NCBI RefSeq assembly: GCF_001194135.2 | Contig: NC_068990.1 | Coordinates: 22,205,238-22,240,590, forward strand | From: Octopus bimaculoides | Lineage: Eukaryota | DNA: 35,353 nt | Reading direction: 5' to 3' | Shown here: positions 24,885-35,245 of the stretch, in pieces | How positions within the stretch are numbered: the first letter of the stretch is position 1 | Layout: each line of letters starts with the position of its first letter | Notes under the pieces: generated by a model | The model's input: only the letters and a program-made list of their open reading frames with translations | Told to the model about the DNA's origin: nothing | Databases searched by the model: none | Made by a program: the position numbers and the translations under genes

Positions 24885-25530
24885 CTTTGCTAATCACATA
24901 TCTTCCGTCCGAGACAGGAAGAAATGTTAAGCTACTAAGTTGGCTAGCCACGTATAGGGTTTGAAGTCGAAAGCCAGACCACAGGGGGAAATAGCCGAAA
25001 ACTCCACATCATGGGTTAACGGATCAAAAAAATGTAAGCTATGCGTAGCTGAGAGAACTCAGATCCTTTTTAGATCTAAGAACTCTAACACACTGCTGAA
25101 TTCTAGATCTGAATTTTTCAGCGGTTCTAAGCATATAGCTACGTACCTGTTGACAAACTGGAAAGTGCTACCCTGTACGGATTGAACAACTGTACCACAA
25201 ACTCAAAGCCATTATCTCTTCAGCCGTATATTTTATGGACTAAGCGGAAATAACTCTAATTACCTCAATTTGGTTTCTTTTTTTTAAATTTCATTTCCGT
25301 TTCCCGGATTTTCAAATCTTCACCTTTTATATCTACTTTTTTCTATCCTTTTCTCGCTATTCTCTTATGTTGTCGTCTCATTTTTCGTGTGTTATGCCAA
25401 GTAGGCAAGTGCCTGATGACTGTGCCAGGACACCAGCCGCGTTAAGAAGATACTGTACGTTAATTAAATAATATTTATCTCTCGCCAGATGGATTATTTC
25501 TTTTTCATCTTACCGTCACGGAACAGTGCA
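24885..25530 (+). mobile_element. Penelope-like element fragment 2: C-terminal part of the GIY-YIG endonuclease plus probable 3' UTR or pLTR
   Basis: FANHISSVRDRKKC*ATKLASHV*GLKSK...NGSKKCKLCVAERTQIL...LLNSRSEFFSGSKHIATYLLTNW (coding to about 25185), matching the NHxxSF...ATxLxxHxW...KxCxLCxxExxxI...LLNxRSE...xxH pattern of invertebrate PLE endonucleases. The extent beyond 25190 is inferred. Confidence 0.75.
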
Positions 25531-25531
25531 C

Positions 25532-25567
<36 letters not shown>

Positions 25568-26408
25568 TATATANNNNNNNNNNNNNNNNNNNNNNNNNNN
25601 NNNNNNNNNNNNNNNNNNNNNNNNNNNNNNNNNNNNNNNNNNNNNNNNNNNNNNNNNNNNNNNNNNNNNNNNNNNNNNNNNNNNNNNNNNNNNNNNNNNN
25701 NNNNNNNNNNNNNNNNNNNNNNNNNNNNNNNNNNNNNNNNNNNNNNNNNNNNNNNNNNNNNNNNNNNNNNNNNNNNNNNNNNNNNNNNNNNNNNNNNNNN
25801 NNNNNNNNNNNNNNNNNNNNNNNNNNNNNNNNNNNNNNNNNNNNNNNNNNNNNNNNNNNNNNNNNNNNNNNNNNNNNNNNNNNNNNNNNNNNNNNNNNNN
25901 NNNNNNNNNNNNNNNNNNNNNNNNNNNNNNNNNNNNNNNNNNNNNNNNNNNNNNNNNNNNNNNNNNNNNNNNNNNNNNNNNNNNNNNNNNNNNNNNNNNN
26001 NNNNNNNNNNNNNNNNNNNNNNNNNNNNNNNNNNNNNNNNNNNNNNNNNNNNNNNNNNNNNNNNNNNNNNNNNNNNNNNNNNNNNNNNNNNNNNNNNNNN
26101 NNNNNNNNNNNNNNNNNNNNNNNNNNNNNNNNNNNNNNNNNNNNNNNNNNNNNNNNNNNNNNNNNNNNNNNNNNNNNNNNNNNNNNNNNNNNNNNNNNNN
26201 NNNNNNNNNNNNNNNNNNNNNNNNNNNNNNNNNNNNNNNNNNNNNNNNNNNNNNNNNNNNNNNNNNNNNNNNNNNNNNNNNNNNNNNNNNNNNNNNNNNN
26301 NNNNNNNNNNNNNNNNNNNNNNNNNNNNNNNNNNNNNNNNNNNNNNNNNNNNNNNNNNNNNNNNNNNNNNNNNNNNNNNNNNNNNNNNNNNNNNNNNNNT
26401 ATATATAT

Positions 26409-26908
26409 ATGGACACGAATGTGGCTTTTGAGGCCTGCTGGTGCCTTGCAAACCTTTGAAGACTCTGTTTGCTTTAGTGCTTGCGGATCATTTACTATAT
26501 TCTTTCTTGAGTGGACGGCAAGGCCTGCTTTGCTTTGTGCCACAAAACCACAGCGACAGATTTGGTTCCCATTTAGCGTTTTGCCAGCGTGCATCCATGC
26601 TTTCACGAAGTTGGTACCGATGTTGGAGTCGACTTTGGTCAAATCTTCGAACTGAAGAGAAGCAGGACTGGTGCCGGCTCCTGCCTTCTGACGCTTTGTA
26701 TTCCCAGGAAGAAAAGGGAATGTTACATCACTGCAAATTGTTCTTAAGTTTGTCTTCGAAGCGCAAGAGCGGCCTTCCAACTGACTTACCCGTCAGGAAT
26801 TAGCTAAAGAGAAGTTGCTCCAAAATTCTGATATCACACATACGTGAGAGATGACCTGACCATCTAAGCTACACTTTGAAGATAAAGATGGCTTCAATAC
26901 ATGAACCG
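26409..26908 (-). mobile_element. RTE-type LINE ORF2 C-terminal fragment with terminal zinc-finger-like motifs
   Basis: Minus strand: IEAIF...*LRWSGHLSRMCDIRILEQLLFS*...GKSVGRPLLRFEDKLKNNLQ*CNIPFSSWEYKASE...RRFDQSRLQHR, then ICRCGFVAQSKAGLAVHSRK and KVCKAPAGLKSHIRVH; stops and frameshifts; the 3' end runs into the gap. Confidence 0.85.
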
Positions 26909-27237
26909 AATATATGTGTGTATGTAACTATGATTGGGTGTATGTATATGGTTGTGTGCGTGTCTATGTGTTTGTGTATTCTCTGAATCTTTTTCTTTAA
27001 CGGCTCATCCCGCCTATAAAATGTTGGATAATGTGCAGACGCGTGAAACTGTTATTAAATACTTGCAAATCTATTTCCATGTGTAAATAGTTTCCTTTAT
27101 ATTCCGTTGACCTACCAGAATCTATTTACGTGTGTGTATGTGTGTGAATATGCATTTGTGCGTGTGTGTGTTTATTTTGTATATATGTGTATATATATTT
27201 ACATATGTATGTACATATGTATATATATATAATATGC

Positions 27238-27279
<42 letters not shown>

Positions 27280-27532
27280 NNNNNNNNNNNNNNNNNNNNN
27301 NNNNNNNNNNNNNNNNNNNNNNNNNNNNNNNNNNNNNNNNNNNNNNNNNNNNNNNNNNNNNNNNNNNNNNNNNNNNNNNNNNNNNNNNNNNNNNNNNNNN
27401 NNNNNNNNNNNNNNNNNNNNNNNNNNNNNNNNNNNNNNNNNNNNNNNNNNNNNNNNNNNNNNNNNNNNNNNNNNNNNNNNNNNNNNNNNNNNNNNNNNNN
27501 NNNNNNNNNNNNNNNNNNNNNNNNNNNNNNNN

Positions 27533-27568
<36 letters not shown>

Positions 27569-27683
27569 ATATATATATAAGAGAGAGAGAGAGATAAGTG
27601 TTGTGCGCTTGAAGCATTGTAATATCACTGAATGTGAAAAGAGAGAAAATAAAAATTTTCTGACAATGCAGTAAGTTTCAAAA

Positions 27684-27881
27684 TCCTTTCTATTTCAGGC
27701 GCAAAGGCCCAACTTCAAAAGACAAGAACAGTCTGGGTAAAGTCTTCTTACATAGATTCCGCTGATCCATTCGACGCTAGGTAATGTAATTTGAATGGGT
27801 TAACGGAACCTGCATAAATGAACATTTCTCGGGCTGTTTTTTCTTTTATTTTTTTTGTCTTTGCGCCTGAAATATAAACGT
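27684..27881. repeat. About 200-bp fold-back with 25-bp imperfect terminal inverted repeats
   Basis: 27691-27706 TATTTCAGGCGCAAAG is the perfect reverse complement of 27859-27874; 21/25 over the full arms; inner TTACAT (27748) and ATGTAA (27784) are also inverted. Confidence 0.8.
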
Positions 27882-27936
27882 TTCATTAAACTCGCCGCAT
27901 GTTCTGCTTTGTCTGTACCTTCTCTCTATTTTATCT

Positions 27937-28018
<82 letters not shown>

Positions 28019-28483
28019 CAGAAGCGTCTGTGTGTGTGTGTGCGTGTAATCATTAAGTTCTTAAACCTTACGTTTGTCACCCAAGTATATCAATTTATTT
28101 ACAATGATACATATTTTATATAATTGTATTGTTCGCGTAAACATTTTAACTTCGTATTTTATGTTGTTTTGATTTTGTTGAGTCACGTTTATTGTTTGCC
28201 ACACGCGCCATCTCGTAGCTAATTGTATTCACTTGTTAAGTTATATCACTCCTTATAAACAGAATAACAAAGCACAACGTCTTTAGGACACTTTTAGCTA
28301 TCATAGAAATTATTTCCAATCCTTCGGCCCTCATGTCATCCTCAGCTGCATATTTGTCAAGTATTAGCTCTCAGCGCATTAGAACCTTTGCTAAGAGACA
28401 AATAAGCATTGGTCACAATGCAAGAAGGCAAATGACAGGAGTGAACGAATGCCAAACAAAGAATAAAATAAAAATGAATAAAC

Positions 28484-28543
<60 letters not shown>

Positions 28544-28824
28544 TACTGAGCGAAAACATACAACGAGATACTAAATATATGCTTTCGAATAGCTTGTACG
28601 AATACAATGGTAGAAGCAATCCACAATTTAAAGAAAATGCACTTCTTTATTAAGAGACAAAGGAAAATGCATAAGAACGCAGGGAGTGATATACAAATAT
28701 ATACAGACAGTATTGCCTCAGCAATAAGCAGAATAATAGCTTGATGTAAACAGAATAGGAGATGGCAAAATATAATACAAATGAAACTAATTTAGGTTCA
28801 AAAGACATTTGTGTTTGCTAAAAA

Positions 28825-29150
28825 GAAAATACGTCATTTGCAGATCTTAATTTTTGTTATAATCTGGGTGGACAACATTGTAATGTATAGAATGCTGTTT
28901 TTAGCCTACTCTCCTCAGTGAAAGGAATATAATTTTTCTTTCCTTTTCTTTTCGTTTCTATGAAGAAACATGGTTAAAAATATCGAATATGGTATTATAC
29001 AATTAATTTATAACATTGATTATTTTCGCCAGAAAATGCTGACAATGGAATTAAAGTAAAATTTATTAAGGGAGTAAAATAGAACAAAAAGTAGCAATAC
29101 ATTTCAGTAACAATAATCTGAATGAATTATATCAATAGAAAATGGATAAT
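28825..29150 (+). repeat. Dispersed repeat of unclassified family, copy 2
   Basis: Collinear with the reverse complement of 22600-23000. Confidence 0.75.
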
Positions 29151-29306
29151 GTTAATCTAATAAACTTAATCTATATTTTTAACCGATGTTGATTTTGGAA
29201 ACGTGAGATGCATCATTATGATATATCTGGGACGTTAATGAGAATATACATTTTTGGATTATTTTTTGCCATGAACTAATTTTTCTTTAACATTTATCTG
29301 CACACT

Positions 29307-29526
29307 GAGGTGGCGGACATGCTAAATAGTTACCATGCCGGGGGAAAAACTAAGCGGTATTTCGTCCGTTTTTACATTCTGAGTTCGAATTCCGCCGAGG
29401 TCGACTTTGCCTTTCATCCTTTCGGAGTCAATAAAATAAGTAGCAGCTGAATACCGAGCTTGATTTTATCGACTTGGGCCCTTGCCCAAACCTGCTGGCC
29501 TTGTGCCTTAATTTGAAACCAATATT
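29307..29526 (+). mobile_element. SINE family A, full length
   Basis: Perfect B-box GTTCGAATTCC (29383-29393), CGCCGAGGTCGACTTTGCCTTTCATCCTTTCGG, 3' CTGGCCTTGTGCCTTAATTTGAAACCAATAT. Confidence 0.9.
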
Positions 29527-29540
29527 TACATTTACTCTCA

Positions 29541-29660
29541 GGTGGCAAGTTGGCAGATTTGTTAGCACGCTCGAAAAAATGCTTAGCGTCTTTTTTTACG
29601 CCTTTACGTACTGAGTTCAAATTTCGTCGTGGTTTACTTTGTATTTCATCCTTTCGGTGA
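29541..29660 (+). mobile_element. SINE family A, 5' half
   Basis: GGTGGCAAGTTGGCAGATTTGTTAGCACGC head, GAGTTCAAATTTC B-box, TTTCATCCTTTCGG. Confidence 0.85.
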
Positions 29661-29783
29661 TGATTTCATAAATGGCGAAAGTGAAATTTCACTTTTACCA
29701 ATTATGGAATCAGTGTACGATTTCTATGGTAACTCTTATAAACTGACAAGGCATGCTAGCATAACCCTAGTCAGCCGGATGAG

Positions 29784-29831
29784 AGCCACTGACGAGCATT
29801 AATCAAATGCAAATTCACTGGTGATCTGACT
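29784..29831 (+). ncRNA. Degenerate type I hammerhead ribozyme motif
   Basis: AGCCA-CTGACGA-GCATT/AATCA/AATGC-AAAT-TCAC/TG/GTGA-TC-TGACT: intact CUGANGA, perfect 5-bp helix II closed by G-C, near-palindromic helix III, AUC triplet, helix I 4/5. The GAAA block reads AAAT. Confidence 0.5.
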
Positions 29832-30015
29832 ATGGTCCGGATACTGTAGGGAGCTTGTCAGTCATAAGATAAGGGAGTTCTCGTGGTTAAGAGTTGCTTT
29901 TCCTCTTATTTCTAGCAATTCTAGCACTGATTAACGCCCTTTATCACTTTAGTGACGTCTATGCTTCTGGCGTTCGGTTGTGAATTGCGAATAAGCCAAC
30001 TTTATTATATATACA

Positions 30016-30056
<41 letters not shown>

Positions 30057-30061
30057 TCTCT

Positions 30062-31094
30062 TATTCATTTATTTGTTACAGTCATTAGACTGCGGCCACG
30101 CTGGAGCACCGCCTTTAACTTTTAGTCGAATAGATCGAGCGCGGTACTTATTTTCTAAGTCTGGTATTTCTTCTATCAGTTTCTTTTGCCGAACCGTTAA
30201 GTTACGGGGACATAAACACACCAACACCGGTTTTCATGCGGTGGTTGGGGGGAAAAACACAGACACAAAAAGACCATATATACACACACACACACNNNNN
30301 NNNNNNNNNNNNNNNNNNNNNNNNNNNNNNNNNNNNNNNNNNNNNNNNNNNNNNNNNNNNNNNNNNNNNNNNNNNNNNNNNNNNNNNNNNNNNNNNNNNN
30401 NNNNNNNNNNNNNNNNNNNNNNNNNNNNNNNNNNNNNNNNNNNNNNNNNNNNNNNNNNNNNNNNNNNNNNNNNNNNNNNNNNNNNNNNNNNNNNNNNNNN
30501 NNNNNNNNNNNNNNNNNNNNNNNNNNNNNNNNNNNNNNNNNNNNNNNNNNNNNNNNNNNNNNNNNNNNNNNNNNNNNNNNNNNNNNNNNNNNNNNNNNNN
30601 NNNNNNNNNNNNNNNNNNNNNNNNNNNNNNNNNNNNNNNNNNNNNNNNNNNNNNNNNNNNNNNNNNNNNNNNNNNNNNNNNNNNNNNNNNNNNNNNNNNN
30701 NNNNNNNNNNNNNNNNNNNNNNNNNNNNNNNNNNNNNNNNNNNNNNNNNNNNNNNNNNNNNNNNNNNNNNNNNNNNNNNNNNNNNNNNNNNNNNNNNNNN
30801 NNNNNNNNNNNNNNNNNNNNNNNNNNNNNNNNNNNNNNNNNNNNNNNNNNNNNNNNNNNNNNNNNNNNNNNNNNNNNNNNNNNNNNNNNNNNNNNNNNNN
30901 NNNNNNNNNNNNNNNNNNNNNNNNNNNNNNNNNNNNNNNNNNNNNNTATATACAAACGTATAGACAGAAAAGGCTCCTTTCAGTTTCCGTCTACCAAATC
31001 CAGAAATAAGGCTTTGGTCACTCGAGGCTATAGTGCTTAAGGTGCCTCGCAGTGGACTGAACCAGGAACCATGTGGTTGGGAAGCAAGCTTCTT
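30062..31094 (-). mobile_element. SINE family B spanning an assembly gap in its internal microsatellite
   Basis: 3' half at 30062-30295, head and body at 30948-31094 (AAGAAGCTTGCTTCCCAACCACATGGTTCCTGGTTCAGTCC on the minus strand); the first 20 nt or so of the head are missing. Confidence 0.88.
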
Positions 31095-31241
31095 AATAAT
31101 AACAATGATGATAACTATAATCATAATAATATGAGATGTTATAATACAATGCAGTATAATACAATACATAATATATATATCCTTGTATGAATATAAGTGT
31201 GTATGTATATATAACATAACTTATACAGGAAAATGCTTGAT

Positions 31242-31284
31242 ACTGACTACCGTGTTCCGGCTTATTACTCCTCATCAAGCCGTC
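31242..31284 (-). ncRNA. Weak, decayed hammerhead-like motif
   Basis: Minus strand GACGGC-TTGATGA-GG...CC-GGAAC-ACG-GTA-GTC: two core transitions (C3 to U, A13 to G), short helices. Confidence 0.25.
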
Positions 31285-31344
31285 AAACTTTTCCTTGCGA
31301 AAATTAATGTATTGTGTGATCATTCAACTTAATGTTAAATCTAT

Positions 31345-31522
31345 CTTTTACAAGTCTCAGTCATTTAACTGCGGTCATGCTGGAGCACCAGAGTACTTTT
31401 TTTTTTTTGTAAAAGGTGGTATTAATTTTTTTGTGAGAACAGATATTTACTTTGGCATTTCTTTTTCAGAACCGCTAAGTTAAACACAACAAAACCTGTT
31501 GTCAAATGGTGGTGGGGGACAA

Positions 31523-31530
<8 letters not shown>
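31345..31530 (-). mobile_element. SINE family B, 3' half
   Basis: CAGTCATTTAACTGCGGTCATGCTGGAGCACC...GAACCGCTAAGTTA...GTTGTCAAATGGTGGTGGGGGACAAAC, collinear with 30075-30260. Confidence 0.8.
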
Positions 31531-31560
<30 letters not shown>

Positions 31561-31583
31561 AAAGCACACACACACACACAAAT

Positions 31584-31654
<71 letters not shown>

Positions 31655-31655
31655 T
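31584..31655. repeat. (GATA)n microsatellite; others at about 27968-28018 and 35200-35245
   Basis: Direct inspection. Confidence 0.95.
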
Positions 31656-32243
31656 AGACGTATATATAAATGTATAAATATATAAATCATTTTAATGGAA
31701 GCAATCTGTACAACAGTCTAGAAATTTCGTATTCATCCATAAAAGCAAACATATTTAATCACACGATCGTGCATTTCTAATGAACGTTCATAAATAACTA
31801 AGAAATAAATCCTTCTAGGATGATATTTGTTTAAACCTCAGCTATTTTATATAAATTTTTGTCTTTATATTTAGTAATGTATACCTAAGTGGAATTTCAC
31901 AACTCGTTTGTTTTAGGGGTGTTGTGTATTTTAGACACATATTTAAAGGTTTTAATTTTTGTCATATATGTAGAGGACAAAACAGCGTCTTCAGGCTGTG
32001 TTTTCTAAATTATTTTGGATGATGTTTGATATTCGTGCACACATGCGTAAACGTACTCAGACACAGACAAGCACACACACACACACGCACACACACACAC
32101 ACACGCACAAAGACAAACACGTACGCCCGCACTCAAACACACACAAAGACTCACNNNNNNNNNNNNNNNNNNNNNNNNNNNNNNNNNNNNNNNNNNNNNN
32201 NNNNNNNNNNNNNNNNNNNNNNNNNNNNNNNNNNNNNNNNNNN

Positions 32244-32318
<75 letters not shown>

Positions 32319-32864
32319 TACATAGATAGATGTTGTGTCTGTATATATATGTGTGAGTGTGTGTGTGTGTATTTTTATATGTCGTTAATATTAGTGGAAA
32401 CTTTGAACATAACACCAGCAAAGCAAACAAAAAAATGTGTAGGAAATATTCCCTAAAATCTTTGACGTAATTTATCTTCTCGAGTATGAAATAAAATTTC
32501 AAGTAAAAATAAGCTGCAAAATCGATCAATAAGTAAAAATAACATGAAGAAATAAATATAAATTAAATAAATAACAGATGGAGGGCGGCAAAAAAAGAAA
32601 GAAGCACTCAATAATTAACAATTAAGCTAAATAGCTGTTTAATGAACGTCAGCCCACGTGTAAATATTTTCTTTCTCTTAACTGTAGGATCATTTATGAA
32701 AGCTCCTTCGCACAACATTCAACTTCACAATTGAAATATTTCAGTTTCTTCTCTGAAGTATCTTTCACACTCAATTCCATCTATATATATATAATGAGAC
32801 TATTTAAATTCAAGACAATTCATTAAAACTTCACTTTCGTTTGTCTTAGACATCTACAAAACTG

Positions 32865-32962
<98 letters not shown>

Positions 32963-33347
32963 TCTTGTTTGTTTACTGTTTGCTTTTTTGTTTTCTTATA
33001 TTAAATGTGAAATCTGTTTTCATACTTTAAAACGAAATACTTATTTCAAATTGAAGATAAGAATTGAAGTCCTTTAGGCCTTCCATCTACCACCATCCAT
33101 CTCGATATGATATATATTATCGTCATCTTTCTATTGATATTTTCTCAATTAATTTATTATGCCTCTACATCTCTATCACTCATACTTTTAACAAACCATT
33201 ATATTTTATTCCAACATCTGTCTTTCCACAACTCTATTCTTTTCCCCCATCTCTCTGCATTCTCTCTCTCTCTCCTTCTCTCTCTCTCTCTCTCCCCATA
33301 CTTTCTCTTTATAAGTGTTCTTCCTTATATATGTATATGTATATATA

Positions 33348-33396
<49 letters not shown>

Positions 33397-33511
33397 ATAT
33401 GCACTGGTTTTTATGTGCATGTGTGCGGTTATATATAAATACATATATATGGATGTATTTATGAATGTATGTATGCTTATTATAAACACACACACACATA
33501 CATATGGATGC

Positions 33512-33551
<40 letters not shown>

Positions 33552-33696
33552 NNNNNNNNNNATATATATATATATATATATATATATACGTATGTACGAA
33601 GGAACCTTTACATACACATAAATACACGCACTCATATATACATCCGTACACATATATATGTATATATATTTGTACGTATGTGTGGACAGGTATAAA

Positions 33697-33736
<40 letters not shown>

Positions 33737-33952
33737 ACATATATATATATATATACATGCATGCATATATATGCATATATTTGTTTATACGTGTAAATGT
33801 ACAAGTATATTCATATAAGCATATCTATCAATCAATGAATGTAGCTATCTACACACACATACACACATACGCACACACATACATTCACACACGCACACAT
33901 ACACACACATCTACATATAGTTGTGCGTATATACACAAACACAGATAGTCTG

Positions 33953-33998
33953 ATGAAAGAGAGAGATTAATGTACACGCATTAATCTATCTCTTTCAT
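33953..33998. other. Near-perfect 46-nt palindrome or hairpin
   Basis: ATGAAAGAGAGAGATTAATG-TACACG-CATTAATCTATCTCTTTCAT: 19/20 bp stem with a 6-nt loop. Confidence 0.85.
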
Positions 33999-34791
33999 TT
34001 TCGTATATTATTCAATCTTTTCTCTCTATTATTCTTTCGGTACAGTACACATTTCAGTCATAATTATTCCTATATATTCTTTACTGTATTCCTTCTTCCT
34101 TTCTTACTCAAACTAACCACCGCATCCAGTATAATGGAAGATACATTATCCGCTTTGATTGCTAATAGAAACGTAAATATTCCAAAATTATAAAGGAAAT
34201 CAAGAGAAATTTGATTCAGAAAAAAAAAAAAAAAAAAAAAGAACGAAAATTCATCTGAAATTCTTCAAAAATTGAATTATTTCATGAAGTTAACTAAACT
34301 CACCTCGTCTCGTTTATCAAAGTCAAATAAAATAGGAAAAACGGAAAATAAACACACAAGAAAAAGAAGAAAAAATTTTGGAAAGAAACGTTACAAAATA
34401 CGAACAAATATGAAGAAAAATATTTTACTGATAATTATTATTGATATCATTATCACTATTATTATCACTATATCCCTACTTGCTTCAATTTGTCTTGCAT
34501 CAATTTTTTCTCTTTATATTCTGCTATCATATTTCTATATCGTTCCACATTACACAGCTCCATGCATATCAGCAAGAGCGAGCAAATGAATAATTCATGA
34601 TAACGTATAATACAATTTTTATTCGGTTCTACATTTAATGTATTCAGGAAGTATTTAATGGATTGATGATACCATATTAGATGGATAGATAGGGAGTTCG
34701 AGAAGGGTAGATATATATACACACGCCGAGACGCTAATACAAACACACAAACATTTACACGCATATATATAAGTGTCAACGTGGATATGCA

Positions 34792-34841
<50 letters not shown>

Positions 34842-35199
34842 GGAACAAAGAGAGGGGGGGAATACGGAGGTAGACAGAGAATGTCACACAGACAAGCAGA
34901 TGCTCAAGGAAAGTGAAAAGCGATGAACCATATGTAAATACATACACACACACACACACATATATATATATAACTTTATATGTATATACATATATATATA
35001 TGTATATATACATATGAGCTTGTTGTGCGTGTGCGCGCACGCGTGTGAGAGTGAGCAAGTGTATGTGTACGTATGTGTGTGTGATTAAGATTATGTGTGG
35101 ACGTATGTGTGAACACACATTAACACAGACATTTATATATGCACATATATACATGTTTACATATAAAGTTACATATATATAATTTAGATTTATATACAC

Positions 35200-35245
<46 letters not shown>

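Larger units (their letters stand above)
606..33561. other. Twelve assembly gaps (N runs), approximately 606-1476, 2610-3294, 7453-7669, 12890-13014, 15748-15782, 21825-22398, 23195-23291, 25574-26399, 27280-27531, 30296-30947, 32155-32243, 33552-33561
   Basis: Visible N runs, almost all flanked by (TA)n, (CA)n or (CT)n, the typical short-read assembly break at microsatellites. Confidence 0.97.

Noticed and set aside
26441-26803. Plus-strand 120-aa ORF
   Set aside because: It is the antisense shadow of the RTE fragment.
16690-31094. tRNA genes at A/B-box-containing segments
   Set aside because: All are SINE heads followed by SINE bodies, and no complete cloverleaf is evident.
415-33948. Long ORFs with X runs or YI, CV, HT, poly-F, poly-S or poly-I translations
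   Set aside because: They are artefacts of N gaps and di-, tri- or tetranucleotide microsatellites, with no coding signal.
33950-34006. CTGATGA preceding the long hairpin as a hammerhead core
   Set aside because: No GAAA after the stem and no helix I or III; the motif overlaps the hairpin arm by chance.
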